The translations under genes were made by a program, and so were the position numbers. This document shows positions 11,055 to 24,497 of a stretch of 64,000 nt of DNA, piece by piece. The first letter of the stretch is position 1. Every line of letters begins with the position of its first letter. This DNA comes from Antedon mediterranea (Eukaryota > Animalia > Echinodermata): the NCBI RefSeq assembly GCF_964355755.1, contig NC_092676.1:25748871-25812870 (forward strand), in the 5' to 3' direction. The notes under the pieces were generated by a model. The model ran no database searches. It was not told the origin of the DNA and saw only the letters and a list, made by a program, of their open reading frames with translations.

Positions 11055-14000
11055 ATGGCTAGTTCCATTTTTGACCACGGTCTAGTGTGGTTGTCAACAC
11101 AAATCTGTGAAGAGGATGAGCTTGACTGTTTGCGATTTATTGGATCTTCTGTTTTGGTTAACCAATTCAAAGCGAAAGCAATAAACGTTTTTCAGAGTTT
11201 ACAACATCAACAGTTTCTTTCTGAAACAGACTTTGCTATTCTATATGACGCATTGCAATACATGGGGCGTAATGACTTACAAAAAGCTTTCTTAAAAAAA
11301 ATAGGCAAACAGAAGCCAAAACAAAAATCTCAATTAGTTTCCTCGTTCACAATAATGCTTATAAATGTTTGTAAAAACATTGATCCTTTTAAAGATAGAT
11401 GGGAAACTTTTTTGTTTATGTACAAAAAGAAATGTCCTCAAATCAATCATAATAAAAGTATATACTGCACCCTACAATGCCTCTTGGATAGCAATGTCTT
11501 GAAAAATGACAAAAAAAACCTAAAAAAATGTTGTGAATATCTGGAAACTGTGAACTTGAATAAAGCCAAGACGTATGTTGAGAAATACTGTAAGTAGAGT
11601 ATTTGTTGTTTGTTAATGCCAAACCTCTTATACATTAATGGCCACACTTTGAAAAGCCTGTTCTTCCTATTCTAATTAGTGCGTTTGGTATCTCTTATGC
11701 GGCCATTCCCCATAAGCGGATGGATGTGTCCAAAATTATTCACAGCAGTCGCTAATGTCTGCGACGTACAGTATTAGCCAATGTGTTGCTAAACAACAGT
11801 TAATTAGTAATTTTTTCAAACCATGAACTGATTGATTTTATTTGGTAACCGTATCAATCACATACATAAAATAACAACAGTACAAAATCATTACCAAGGA
11901 TGGTACATAAAACGCCCTGTGACACTTATTTCATAATCATGTTTTTATTGTTACCAAATTTACCAAACTTGTTAAAAAACAAGGCCAACACAACAGCCAT
12001 AAGTCGCGTGCTCTCAGAAAAAATGAACTTTCAAAAAGTAATGTACTTTAAAACTTTTCTGTACATCAAAACAATTCAAAAGTACAGAAAAGCGATAAAA
12101 CGCATAGTGATACCGGACCGACAGACAGACCGACCGACCGACATAGTGAACTATAGAGTCGCGTCCACACGACTAATAAATGAAAATAAAGATAAATACT
12201 AGTAGGCCTACACCTGACGTTTTTAATAGGCCTGCTGTTGTTTTGTTTTCAGGGTTTGTGACAATAAATGACAGGATTCAGACTATGCAAATAGAAAAAG
12301 AAAATGGTTGTGACTATGTAATGATTTTGTCATTTGTACTGTGAAGAACATTCCTGTGTTTTTACTACACAGATTTTGACCAATCATTTTTATGCATAAA
12401 GCTTTAAAAATTTGTCTGAAAATCATAAATAATACTAAACCACCTGATCATAAACAATTTTAAAATGGAGAATGTAGAGCCCTGTTGCGTTAAGAATGCT
12501 GAAAAATATCGTTTGTAGCCATAATACATGATTTTAGCCCTCTATTAGCAAGAACCTCCTGTAAGCGGCCACTTGTGGTCCCAAGGGTGGCCGCTTTTAA
12601 ACCAAATAAAAATCAAATATATATTTGGTGTTGTGAAACTATGGATACTTACTCCATAACTGGGACTAGAAATGTATTATTTCTAGTCATTCTCCGTAAA
12701 CGGGTAAATGGCAACTTTATCAAAGTATCGTCAAAAAGTTAAGACGACAGAATTTCACTCGTAAGCTCCGCCCACTTTGTTAAAGCTCATGCATAAATTA
12801 TTCATGAGCACCGTCCTGTGGCTTCCTGTTTCATAAAGTTCCTATCAAATGATCAGAGACTGTTGTATTTCTGTGTTCTGTGATCACAGTGTATTAACCT
12901 TATACTTTTTTCAGTAAATGACAATTTCTCAAGAAGCACACATCCAGGCCTGACACATCATTCAAGGTAATTAAGCTTGCTTATCTATGGTATCTTCGAC
13001 AATGATTAATATTTGGTTTGGTTTATCATTCAATATTTCAAACTTTATTTGTTCATTTTCAGGAAGATGAACAAATAAAGTTTGAAATATTGAATCATCA
13101 TACAGTAAATGTGTCTAATTACCCAACTTTTTGTATAGTTTGTTTTGTTTTATAAAACAATAATAAATGTTTACATTTATTTGGTGACGAAAGTTTTCAG
13201 GCCAATGTTCAAACAGGTTCTGTTATTTTTAATGACCTTTCTCCTAGTTTAATATTTACTTATATTTTATTGCAGTATCGTAGCTACCACCTTCCATTGT
13301 TATATATTATTGTCATATAATTTTCTCTTCTGAATACTTTTAACTTCAGCCTTGCTGCTGTACAATCTGATGAAAATGTTGACGGTGAAGAATTGTCTGA
13401 TTCTTTGTCAAATCTTAATTCAGGTAATTATTAGTTTTCCCTTAAGACATGAAGTTGATCAATGATTTGAAAAGTTTATATAATCAGAGAAGTGTTTTTC
13501 CCATTATCATTTTATAAGTAATACAATCAACACCAAAAAAATGATCAAAGATTACACTTTTTTTCTCTTTTGAACTGAAGATTCTGACTTCCTTATCCAA
13601 CAGCATCATCAGCAGGATTTTCTGATCATCATCAGATCCATCATCAAATTTAAAAGTTTTTGTGTAAGACGTTATACATTATTGTCATATAATGTACAGT
13701 AATTACAACTACAATACAGCTGTAATGAGCTGCAATCCTAAAGTGCCTGGTGACCGACATGCGGCACAAACTAGTCCTTCAAATAAAAAAAAACCTGGAT
13801 GGTTGATAGATTGAATGATGGGAAGACAGAATTCTTTTTGATCTCATCACAGACAAATGAATTCTGTTCAGCACTTTAATCTTATGAATGGTGAATCTGT
13901 GCTTTGATCTTTGTAAATGCGCTTTATAAGTAACAAATAATAATATTAGTAAATTAATACTTTCAACTTCAGCCTTGTTTGTAGAATCTGATGGAAATTT

Positions 14001-17000
14001 TATTGAGGAATTGGCTTTATTTTTAATTCTGGTATAGTGTTTTTCTTCAAAGATGAGGTTGATGAAGCGAAAGATTTTGTTTTTACCATTTTATGTAACT
14101 TTTAAAAAACAAACCTAAAGATCAGAATCTTGTTTTCTCTTTTAAACTGAAGACTCTGACCTCAATGAGGATCCTCATTCCGCATCAGCATCATCAGAAG
14201 AAAGGGCTTCTGATTGTAACAATAGGCGTACTGAAAAGAAAAAGCCTAACAAATCTGGACCAAAGAGACATCAGAACTCCAAATGGGAGAAAAAACAAAA
14301 AAAGAAGTCAAAACGTAAGCAAATTTCTCAGGATCAGGAAAATGAAGGTACTGTAACTGTTTATATAAATAAATAAAGATGAGGTTTATGAAGCGAAAGA
14401 TTTTGTCTTTACCATTTCATGTAACTTTTAAAAAACAAAACTAAAGATCAGAATCTTGTTTTCTCTTTTAAACTGAAGACTCTGACCTCAATGAGGATCC
14501 TCATTCCGCATCAGCATCATCAGAAGAAAGGGCTTCTGATTGTAACAATAGGCGTACTGAAAAGAAAAAGCTTATCAAATCTAGACCAAAGAGACATCAG
14601 AACTCCAAATGGGAGAAAAAACAAAAAAAGAAGTCAAAACGTAAACAAATGTCTCAGGATCAGGAAAATGAAGGTACTGTAACTGTTTATATAAATAAAC
14701 TAGAAAGACACTCCGAGAGTGCATACCTCCGCCTACTGTAAAATTCTCCTACATAAGATTTCTCCGGTGAAAAAGAAATATATATATATATATATTTGTC
14801 TGTGTCTTAATGCTGTTTGTGATTTAGGCTAATTTCACTACAAGCATGTGTATGCGAGTTTGGTGTAATGGTTATGTAACAAGCCTTTCAATTAACAATA
14901 GCTTCAGTTGACTAACAATAGAACAGCAACGTGAAAATCAAACGAGTGAATTTGAAAAGAAATAGGTTTTTTAAACTACTCGCATAAAAAAAAAAACGAA
15001 AAAGTGGTCCAGAATTGGGACCATGGTCCTAAATGGTCCCAAAATTTAATAGAATGGTCCTTGACCACATATCTATCCGTATATTCATTTTGGTAAAGAT
15101 CTTGTAATTACTTTTTGAGTAATCCTGCTAACAAACAAACAAACAAACAAATGAAAGCACTCAGAAACTGAGTGAAGTACTTGGCAAAATATATCCACTG
15201 ACTCGGAGCATGTTAAAAGATACATTTTTTTTGCTTTAGGCATTAGCTTTATATTGTTAAAATCCTGCTGGGGTTAATAATTTGTTTAAATAATTTTTTG
15301 ATACAAACAATTTCGGCATTGCAACAATGACCTTTCTGAAATCAAGATTGACCAGAATAATGACCGAGGAGTGCCTTGAAGCTGTGCCGATTTGCGGCGC
15401 CTCTGCCTTAACCCATGTAGTAAGCTTAACCGCTTGACCAGTCGACTAATGTTTTGGTCCATATTAAAGAATATGTCCATGTTAAAAGAAGACAGAATGC
15501 GTGCTATTTAATATATCGTACGAAAGATATATCAATTTACCTGAAAATCAATAGGCTTGTTCTGTAAGTATATACCTATGTACAGAATGAAATAAGGAAG
15601 GACACACACTGGTATTAACAAAACTAATTATCAACTATCAATAGTTAAATTTGAATAACAATAGAACAGCAACGCCAAAAACAAACGGGTGAATTTAAAA
15701 AGAAACAGGTTTTTTAAAACTACCGTATATTTCGGTGTATAAGTCGCACCTGTGTATAAGACGCACCCCCTAACTGAGAGTAAAATATCGGTATTTTTTA
15801 TATCGTCGATGTATAAGACGCACCTTATTTTTCATCAAAACAATGTTTTTTTAAATTGTAATCAATATTATTGTAATAATATATTTTGTTATATCTACAA
15901 CGGCGTCCTTTATTTAGGTTTTTTCATACCTAGGCTCGGCCGCGCCCAGCCTCAACAAGTTCTTTCTAACTTGTTATTCATGAGTTTCGCCGCAACATCG
16001 AGTGCATGATGACCGTGTGTGTAACACGTACGTGTGTGGGCTAGCCTCGCTCGATCATTTCGAGAGGGCGCACGTTTTCACGGACAATCGTATTCGATTA
16101 GTATCTATGTATCCGAGAAGTGTATACGCTAGGTCCATGCTATAATCAACTGGAGAATATACTAGTCGAATACCGTACACCATGTGGCCGCCAAGAAGGG
16201 TTTGCGCTAGGCTAGGGGTACGGCGGTCATGCGTATAACTATAAATACACCATGTGGCCACCAAGAAAGGGCTTGCGCTGGGGGTACGGCGATCGTGCGT
16301 ATAACTACTGTATAAATAAATACTATTCTAATCGTACGTAAACGTTTACAAATGAAATTTTATGGGAGCGCCATAATGAACAAATCTTTTCATCATATTT
16401 AGTATAACATCATGCTAAAATGCCTTGAAAACTAGGCAGAAGCAGGTTGCCGTTACGTTAGTTCGTTACTGTAGCTAGGCCTAGCCTAGCAGTAGCAAAC
16501 GAGGTGACGATAGCATAGGCCTATGTACAATCTGTGTGGTGAGGCATTTATGTTCGGTGTATAAGACGCACCCTTAATTTAGAGGTCAAATTTGCGTGTC
16601 AAAAGTGCGACTTATACACCGAAATATACGGTACTCGTATGAAAAAGCCGGTACATTGAATCAACTTTTGTTTTAAAATTACAAATCACAAATTATAACC
16701 CTTGCCTCTTGTCCAAAAATGAGGTTTTTTGGACAAGTACTGTAGTTCTCGAGAAAATGTAATTTCAGTTTACGTGTTACTTTAAAACTGCTCACCGGCT
16801 TTTGAAAATTGTCTCCTATCTTGTAACACTAGCCGGTCTGAAAATAATATCATTTTTGTTATTTGTGAAGTTATTAATAAACCAATGTTGTTGATTTTCA
16901 ATAGGCATGGTCTGAAAGTATAAACCTATCTACACCCAAAAATTCAGAACGATAACTTGAAAACAAACAAACAAACATACATACAAACATACATACACAC

Positions 17001-17531
17001 AAACAAACAAAGTGAATACTATACTTGGCAAAATTCTTTTTGCCAAGTAACAAACAAACAAACACACGCTACCGATTACATATACCTCCTTGGCGGAGGT
17101 AAATAATAAATAAATTATTGGTAAAACTGTTAACTTGTTACACTACTGTATCTTATGAACCAAACACTTTTTTATTCAGTAAAATTGGTTTAGAACCTTC
17201 CTACTGCAGTTTCCTAGAAACAAATGGTTATTAGGTTGTTAAAATTTGTTTGTTTTTTTTTGTTGCAGATAATTGGTTTTTTCTTTCTGTACTAATTCCT
17301 GTGATTCTGGTCATCCTTTCAATAGTATTGTATGGAATATACCATTATTTTGATATTAATGTGTGTAAACTGTTTACATTCTCAGGCCAATGTACAACAT
17401 CATGTGTGTTTCTTCTTATTTTAATTTTTTATGGTGGTTTGAAGTGGATTAATAATGATGAGCTAAATTTTATACAGTTTTGTACAATAGCTTATAACAT
17501 TTGTAAGGATTTAACTAATTGTTTTAATTAA
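11055..17531 (+). CDS. Gene A: tandem-DED + linker + 2-TM membrane protein, about 455 aa (437 aa without the tentative exon). Exons 11055-11589, 12253-12306 (tentative), 12915-12966, 13350-13423, 14153-14347, 14479-14673, 17269-17531
   Basis: The DED-DED exon has ELDCLRFI, ALQYMGRNDL and a second DED starting VSSFTIMLINV. All listed junctions are GT-AG and phase-compatible. The terminal exon is hydrophobic (WFFLSVLIPVILVILSIVLYGIYHYF; CVFLLILIFYGGLKW). Exon structure parallels gene B. Confidence 0.75.
11977..12178 (+). mobile_element. Helentron/DINE-like short element; related copy on the minus strand at about 41915-42035
   Basis: aacaaggcc start, (GACC/GACA)n microsatellite, 3' hairpin agtcgcgtccacacgact; the 41915-42035 segment is its reverse-complement relative. 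Confidence 0.6.
14049..14700 (+). repeat. 326-bp tandem duplication carrying a 195-nt Lys-rich coding exon
   Basis: Near-identical units with a 326-bp offset (exons at 14153 and 14479). Confidence 0.95.
14698..17102 (+). mobile_element. Helentron-associated (HINE-like) element with nested insertions, in the last intron of gene A
   Basis: Subterminal tacctccgcc near 14725; 3' hairpin tacctccttggcggaggta near 17083-17101; (AAAC)n microsatellite. A second similar element at about 15150-17050 (tacttggcaaaa...ttttgccaagta) sits inside it. Confidence 0.65.
15723..16631. mobile_element. Tc1/mariner (pogo/Tigger-like) MITE with TA TSD
   Basis: TIR ccgtatatttcggtgtataagtcgcac, perfectly inverted at about 16605-16631 and flanked by TA on both sides. 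The empty-site equivalent (ttttaaactactcg) is visible near 14970. Confidence 0.9.
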
Positions 17532-18119
17532 TAATAGTATAAAAAAGAATTGTTTTAGTCTTCTTGACAGGTAGACAAAAATTACAGTACCTCAAATTTA
17601 CCAAAACATCAATCATTGTTTATACAGTACTGTGCTTCAAATTTGGGGTATTGGCCAAAACCTATGATGTACTGTATAAAACAAAATTCAGTGACATGAT
17701 CATAGTATTAATAGGTATTGTATAAATAAATAATTAATTGCATTTAAGCATTTTATCAGTACACTGTACATAGAGTAGTTTTTTTATTAGATGTTTTTAC
17801 TAATTTTATAATATATAAATTTAAGTAGTTATTTTTTTTTAAAGTAAGTAGTTTTGAGGTATGTGTATTTAAGCATAGAGGAATTCACCCCTTTCAAGGG
17901 CGTAGTGGGCATGTGTACCCTCCCACTGAGGCATTGCCCGCAGTGGATCAGCACTGTTTTGAATCCTCTGAATAAATACATACATTACCAGTAAAATGGT
18001 TGAATAGTGCAATTTCCAGGGAAATAGGTTCTATATTCTCAAAATGTGATTCCACCTCGGCCAACCATTGGAGCCAAGGTTTTTCATTTATAAAATTTTG
18101 CCATTCTGGGCAAGTAAAT

Positions 18120-18348
18120 TTATTTAATGAGGGTGATCCATCCAGCTAATGCTGATCATTAGGGACCCTCAGAGGTTCATAAGACAAATATATACACAAG
18201 ATGCTCTACATAAACAAAGTCTTATTACAGGTCTTTGGGAGTGGAGTTGTAATTTGGTCCTTAGAAAAAATCCTGACATGTGACTGGACTTGAACCCAGG
18301 ACCCTTGGAATGGTAGCCAAGCATCATAACCACCAAGCCACAACTCCA
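18120..18348 (-). mobile_element. tRNA-derived SINE
   Basis: Minus strand GTGGCTTGGTGGTTA...GGGTTCAAGTCC (A and B boxes), followed by a non-tRNA body and an AT-rich tail. Confidence 0.65.
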
Positions 18349-19795
18349 CTCTGTCCCAATAGTACAGGTTATATTATCTGTACTAATTGTATTTTTATCC
18401 TATTGAATATAGTGCAGTACTGGGATTTTTTAGTGAACATGTGCAATTTCCAGAAAAGTACAGGTTTAAATTTCCATGTACAGGTTCAAATTCTCATTCT
18501 CCACCCCAGCAATTTCTATAAACTTAAAACCACTCCATGCTGAAGTAAACCAGCATATGCCCTTGCCATTTACAGATGTAATTGATTGTAAACTCCGAGC
18601 CAGTTTAAGCCAGTCCATGATTTTTATCATTGATCTTTCAAAATAAAGAAAAACCTTGAACTTGATGGAACAGGGACCAAAAAAAATAGTATGTTTTTGT
18701 ATAATTTTAATGCTACTTAAAGAAAAATTACTATATTTTATATATAGATTAATATTATATTATATTATACTCCTATAACACTGTATAATTATTATATGCT
18801 CATATACTCAGTAAGTAAGTAAGCTGTATTTATTAATGTAGTTCATTAAATATTTTATGTAGATGTTATGTGTTCAGTGGTGTAATGCAGGTTTAGCACT
18901 CTTAAGGGTAGTTGCATTGGGGCTGCTCATGTTCTGGGGTGACTGCTCATAACCGTTCCACCACTGGCAGAGTTACTATTGCTAAATTAATTTTTAAAAC
19001 GGTTTTCATTATATATATCATTCCATCCTATCCATTCTTAACACCCTTTTTTTCAAGCTTTTGCATTCTTCGTTTTCATCTCATCCATTTTTTTCTTGGT
19101 GAAAAGGGAAGATTCTTTATACTCTTCCCCTGAGTTTATAGCCTCTCTACCCAGACACGGACACGAACAGAATAGAACAACAATAATCACTTTTTCATAA
19201 GTACGTTTTTTTTAAATCAATTTTTATCGTCATTTTATTGCCATCGACATATTTTAATTAATTGTATTTTTAAAAATATATATGAATGTAAATGTGGTTA
19301 CTTTTTAACATCAAAATAATCTTAGTCTTATGTATACTGTTCAAAAGATATGTATTTTTTTAACAATGTACCTCATAAATAAGAGAATTATATTAATGTG
19401 CATATATACATATATTATTATATTTATGTATTATATTCGTACATGGCATGTACACATATAATAGTTAAGTATACAGTATATATATATCCAGATAGTGCCA
19501 CACTGGAGACGCGCACAACGAAACAAGGATGTATAAGCACAACAAAATGTAAAGTGTGATGACCGTTCACTTAAATCGAAAATAAAATATTATTTACAGT
19601 ATATTTTCATTCATTCGTTTTTATTTCACAGTGCATCAACCTTGATACTTACTTTTCGTATTCAAAAACGCATGCAGTTGAATGATTTGTTCATTTCTTT
19701 ATTGCGCATTTCTTTATTGCGCAGCTACGAGGTGCCGGTTTTTGGCCACCTGTACTTTTATGGACTAGACTATTATAAAAAGATGGAAAATAGGG

Positions 19796-22700
19796 GGGGG
19801 GGGGGGTTCGAAACTAGAGACCCGAGACCAGAGACCCGAGACCCAATACGAAAAGGGAGACCGCACTATACGAAAAGGGAGACCCAAAATGTACGAAAAG
19901 GGAGACCCCAAATATACGAAAAGGGAGACCCAAATATACGAAAAGGGAGACCCAAATATACGAAAACAGAGACCCAAATATACGAAAAGGGAGACCCAAA
20001 TATACGAAAAGGGAGACCCAAATATACGAAAAGGGAGACCCAAATATACGAAAATGGAAACCTAAAATATACAGTTATTACGTCGGCCCAGAGCCGCCTT
20101 AACTGTAAAAACTCAAAACCAAAGTTTTGTTCACAGTCAGTGTTTTAGGTCGGCCGAGGGTCGCCTTTCGAACGTTCACAACAGTTGTTTTCCGCCGAAC
20201 TCGCAGGCAGGCAGCTCGCTTGGCATGCTGGGAAGGGGATATTCTCAAAACACAATATAGTTGACCCTATGAAGGCGACCCGAACAATTTCAATCATTAT
20301 CCAATATGACACATTACACAGAGCAGATGTTATAAACATCTGTATTATTTAATATACAGCCGAGAATGTTACATTCTATTTTTACTTCTTTCGCATTAAT
20401 TAATATTTACATTTTATAAAAATAGATGGGAACACAAAAGATTGAAATATATATCATTATTTCCTATTGACAGTCGATTCTCTAAACTTTCATCAATGCA
20501 ACAACGTACTCCCGCCCTGGCTAGTATCTGGGCTAGTAATTATATACAAGGCCCTTGTTGCCCTTACTATAAGGAAGCGGCGCGAGTGATTTTATTTTAC
20601 TAGGATGGGTAGGAGGAGAGTTTGCAGGCTTATTTACACAGCGTTAAAAGCTTCACTGTATCAATGGATACAATATGTACACTTGTAATAGAGAAGGTAG
20701 AGTCGGTGGTGGAGTTTGTCTATATTTAAAAGAACAAATCAACACCGTAACACGTGATGATTTTGTATTTAATGATAACTCCATTGATTCACTTTTTCTA
20801 GAAATAATAAACACAAACGGCAAAAATACTATTGTAGGTATGTTGTATCGACCACCAAATTCAAACGTCAACTCATTTAACTCTGATCTGGAAGAAATCT
20901 TACATAAACTTAATCGCGAAAACAAAAACTGCTATATCTTAGGAGATTTTAATCAAGACTTATTAAAATATGACATTCAAAAAACAACACAGGAATTCAC
21001 AAACATTATTTACTCAACATCTTTTAATCCATTAATCAACTTACCCACCAGAATAACATCGTCTTCTGCTACAATTTTAGATAATATTATTACAAATGAT
21101 GATAACATTTCGCATTGTGGAGTAATAGTCACTGACATTACCGATCATCTACCCATTTTCATGACAACACACTTGTCATTAAATACTAACACACAAGCTC
21201 CAATTACAAAACAAAAAATAATTAATGATACAACATTAAATAACTTGCTTATTGCTATTTCTAATGAGGATTGGGGTGAACTATATTTATGCACAGATAC
21301 CAATACATCATATAACCTATTTATTAAAAAACTATCCAATCTCATAGATAATAACATACCTACAAAAAGTAATAAGCCAAATGGTAATACAAAGAAAAAA
21401 CCATGGATCACAACAGGAATTTTGATTTCAATAAAAAAGAAAAATAAACTTTATAAAAAATACCTTAAAAACCCAACACAATTATTAAAAAATATATATA
21501 AAAAGTACAAAAATAAATTAACTCATTTAATTAGAATTCGGAAAAAAACAATATTATTCCAAAAAACTGGATGCAGCTCGACACGATTCAAAGCAAACAT
21601 GGAAAGTTTTAAATGAAGTTCTAAATAGAAAAAAATCGAGTGTTAAGCCAAATGAGGTAATTAACCATAGTAATAAAACTTTGGTATGTGATCCAAAAGG
21701 TATGTCTGACGCTTTTAATGACTTCTTCTCCAACATTGGAAATGAATTAGCAAACAAAATACCGAATGTAAACAATTCTGACTTTAAACAATATATGAAA
21801 GAGAGTCAATCCCAATCCATATTTTTCAATCCTACGAATGAAGAAGAGGTCATTGAAATAGTTAGTCAAATCAAAAATTCAAATTCAGAAGGTGTTGATA
21901 ACTTAAGTAATCGCATTCTAAAACATATTATTGCTGCTGTGGCATCTCCTCTTGTACATATCTTTAACCTCTCTCTTGAGACAGGCATGGTCCCTGATAG
22001 TATGAAAGTAGCTAGAGTAGTTCCAATTTTTAAATCTGGCAATAAAAGTGACGTCAGTAATTATAGGCCGATCTCTATTCTGCCTACCGCTTCAAAAATT
22101 CTTGAAAAAATTGTTCAAATTAGAGTAAATAATTATATCACAAAGTTTAACATCCTTAATAATGCACAATATGGTTTCAGAAAAAACAGTTCTACTTTTA
22201 TGGCCGTTATAGATCTGGTTGAACGAATAACCGATGCGCTTGATAAGAAAAAAAATACCATCGGAATATTTATTGATTTGTCAAAAGCGTTTGACACCAT
22301 CAACCATGATATACTTCTTAAAAACACTATGGCATAAGAGGCACGGCCCTTAAATGGTTTAGAAACTATATTAGTGGAAGGAAACAATTTACGTCTATTG
22401 ATAACACAAGTTCGTGTTTGATGGATATAAATTGCGGTGTACCACAGGGTTCAATTCTGGGGCCTCTACTTTTTATTTTGTACATTAACGATGTATTTAA
22501 TTGCTCAAACTCGTTATCTTTTGTTTTATTTGCTGACGACACAAACATATCTGCATCTCACGAAAACTTGGATACGCTCATAGAACTAGTTAATGGTGAA
22601 CTAAAAAATGTTTCGGATTGGTTCATGTGCAATAAACTATCAATCAACGTTAAAAAAACTAATTACATAATTTTCCGCAATCAGCGAAATCCAAGTAATT

Positions 22701-24497
22701 TAGAGAATGTAAATATTTATGTCAACAATAAAAGAATAGATAGAGTTAAATCGACTAAATTCCTTGGAGTACATATTGATGAATTTCTCACATATAAGAA
22801 CCACATCAATGTTACAGCTAGGAAAATATCTCGATATGTAGGCATACTATATAAAGTAAGACATTTTTTACCAACCTATGCTCTCTGGACAATATACAAA
22901 TCACTCATTGAACCAGTATTAAATTATTGCAACATAATATGGTGTAGCACATTTCCAAGTTATTTAGATGAGTTATTTAAACTCCAGAAAAGGGCATTAC
23001 GAGCTATAACATGGTCAAAGTTTAATGATTCAATGACTGAATGTTTCTATAAATTTAAACTTCTTAAAATTGCGGATATCAATAAGTACCAAATTGGGCT
23101 TTTCATGTATAATGTTACTACTAATCAGGACGTGCGTTTTTCCTCGCTCTTTATTAAAAATGGTTCTTACCATAATTATAATACAAGATCTAAAGACAAA
23201 ATGAGACTCAGAAAACGTAATCGTACTTCTACTAGTTTTACTGTGTCATGTGTGGGACCCAAATTGTGGAATGACTTGAATTACGAACTACAAAGTACCA
23301 AATCAATATATATATTTAAATCATTGTTTAAAGAACATTTATTATCATTTTACAAATAATTTTAAAAATTATACTTGTTGCAGGATTTAGCTTTTTTATT
23401 ATTTATGTTTTAGTTTTTTAGGCTAGTTAGGGACATAGGGGGACACAACTAATCAAGCTCTTTTGAGTTTTTATGTGTTTCCTTTTCATCTTTTTATGTT
23501 CTCATATATTGTTGTTGTATATTTTCATGATAGAGGATGAATAAAGAATATTTGAATTTGAACATATATAAATAAATCCAGGCTATTACTCAATGTTTTT
23601 TTACATCAAGTTTCTTCTTTAATATGATTTGTGAAAATATGTTTTCAATCAATACAATCAATCAATTCATTATGAATCAATGTACACTTATGTGGATAAT
23701 GAAACAATGTAAAATTATAATTTTAATGGTAATGATATAATGATTAGTAACGAGAGAATAAATACTTTCACCCGAACCATAAAAAATCCACCCTGGCTAC
23801 GGGCCTGAATTGGCTGTCGGACATAACAAAGTTTAAACTTGATTGCGCTCTAAAAAAAGAAATGAATATATTAAAAAACGATAGGCCTATTCAATACATA
23901 AAAAAAACCTCATATGCTCAAACTATAAGTAAGCTCGCAACCTATTCTCATAAATTCAAAATTCTCATTCTGATAAAATACGCAAAATTCATGAAATGTT
24001 GCGCAACTGTAAACAGCATCATGGTAATATTTTGTTTGTAAGTTTTTGTGAAAAGCGATACACCAAAATGGCAGAAACCCTTCTGACAATAACGCCACGA
24101 GCAGATAACCAGAAAGTTAAAAAAAACATTAAATTGACGTATTTAAGTTATCGAACATTTGGGTCTCCCTTTTCGTATATTTGGGTCTCCCTTTTCGTAT
24201 ATTTGGATCTCCTTTTTCGTATATTTGGGGTCTCCCTTTTCGTATTTTGGGTCTCCCTTTTCGTATATTTGGGTCTCCCTTTTCGTATATTTGGGTCTCC
24301 CTTTTCGTATATTTGGGTCTCCCTTTTCGTATATTTGGGTCTCCCTTTTCGTATATTTGGGGTCTCCCTTTTCGTATATTTGGGGTCTCCCTTTTCGTAT
24401 ATTTGGGGTCTCCCTTTTCGTATAGTGGGGTCTCCCTTTTCGTATAGGGTCTCGGGTCTCTGGTCTCTAGTCTCGGGTCTCTAGTTTCGAAACACCC
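19796..24497. mobile_element. Long copy of the 22-bp-unit foldback/MULE-like element (9-bp TSD), containing a LINE
   Basis: Arms (gggagacccaaatatacgaaaa)n at 19805-20070, inverted at 24155-24497; TSD aaaataggg at 19787-19795 and 24498-24506; same termini as the element at 5333-5713. Confidence 0.85.
20650..23562 (+). mobile_element. 5'-truncated CR1/L2-group (Crack-like) LINE; ORF2 (APE endonuclease + RT) with two frameshifts
   Basis: GGGVCLY, YRPP, GDFN, LDNI/TDHLP (endonuclease); NYRPISIL, DLSKAFDT, GVPQGSILGP, LFADDT (RT); frame breaks near 21545 and 22320; tail aataaagaatatttgaatttgaa. Confidence 0.95.

Noticed and set aside
11055-11597. Calling the DED ORFs caspase-8 or cFLIP
   Set aside because: I found no caspase p20/p10 exons (no QACxG-like or SHG motif) downstream of any of the three; the in-phase exons lead to TM segments instead.
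14165-14682. Twin 63-aa ORFs MRILIPHQHHQ...
   Set aside because: Wrong frame; splice phase indicates the DSDLNEDPHS...QENEG frame.
23996-24484. ORFs with GLPFRIFGSPFSYIW-type repeats (also 5230-5526 and 19642-20148)
   Set aside because: These are translations of the tandem DNA unit, open in several frames and on both strands; not genes.
19805-24497. Regular 22-bp repeats resembling a CRISPR array
   Set aside because: There are no unique spacers and no cas genes, the context is eukaryotic, and the arrays form the inverted arms of a TSD-flanked transposon.
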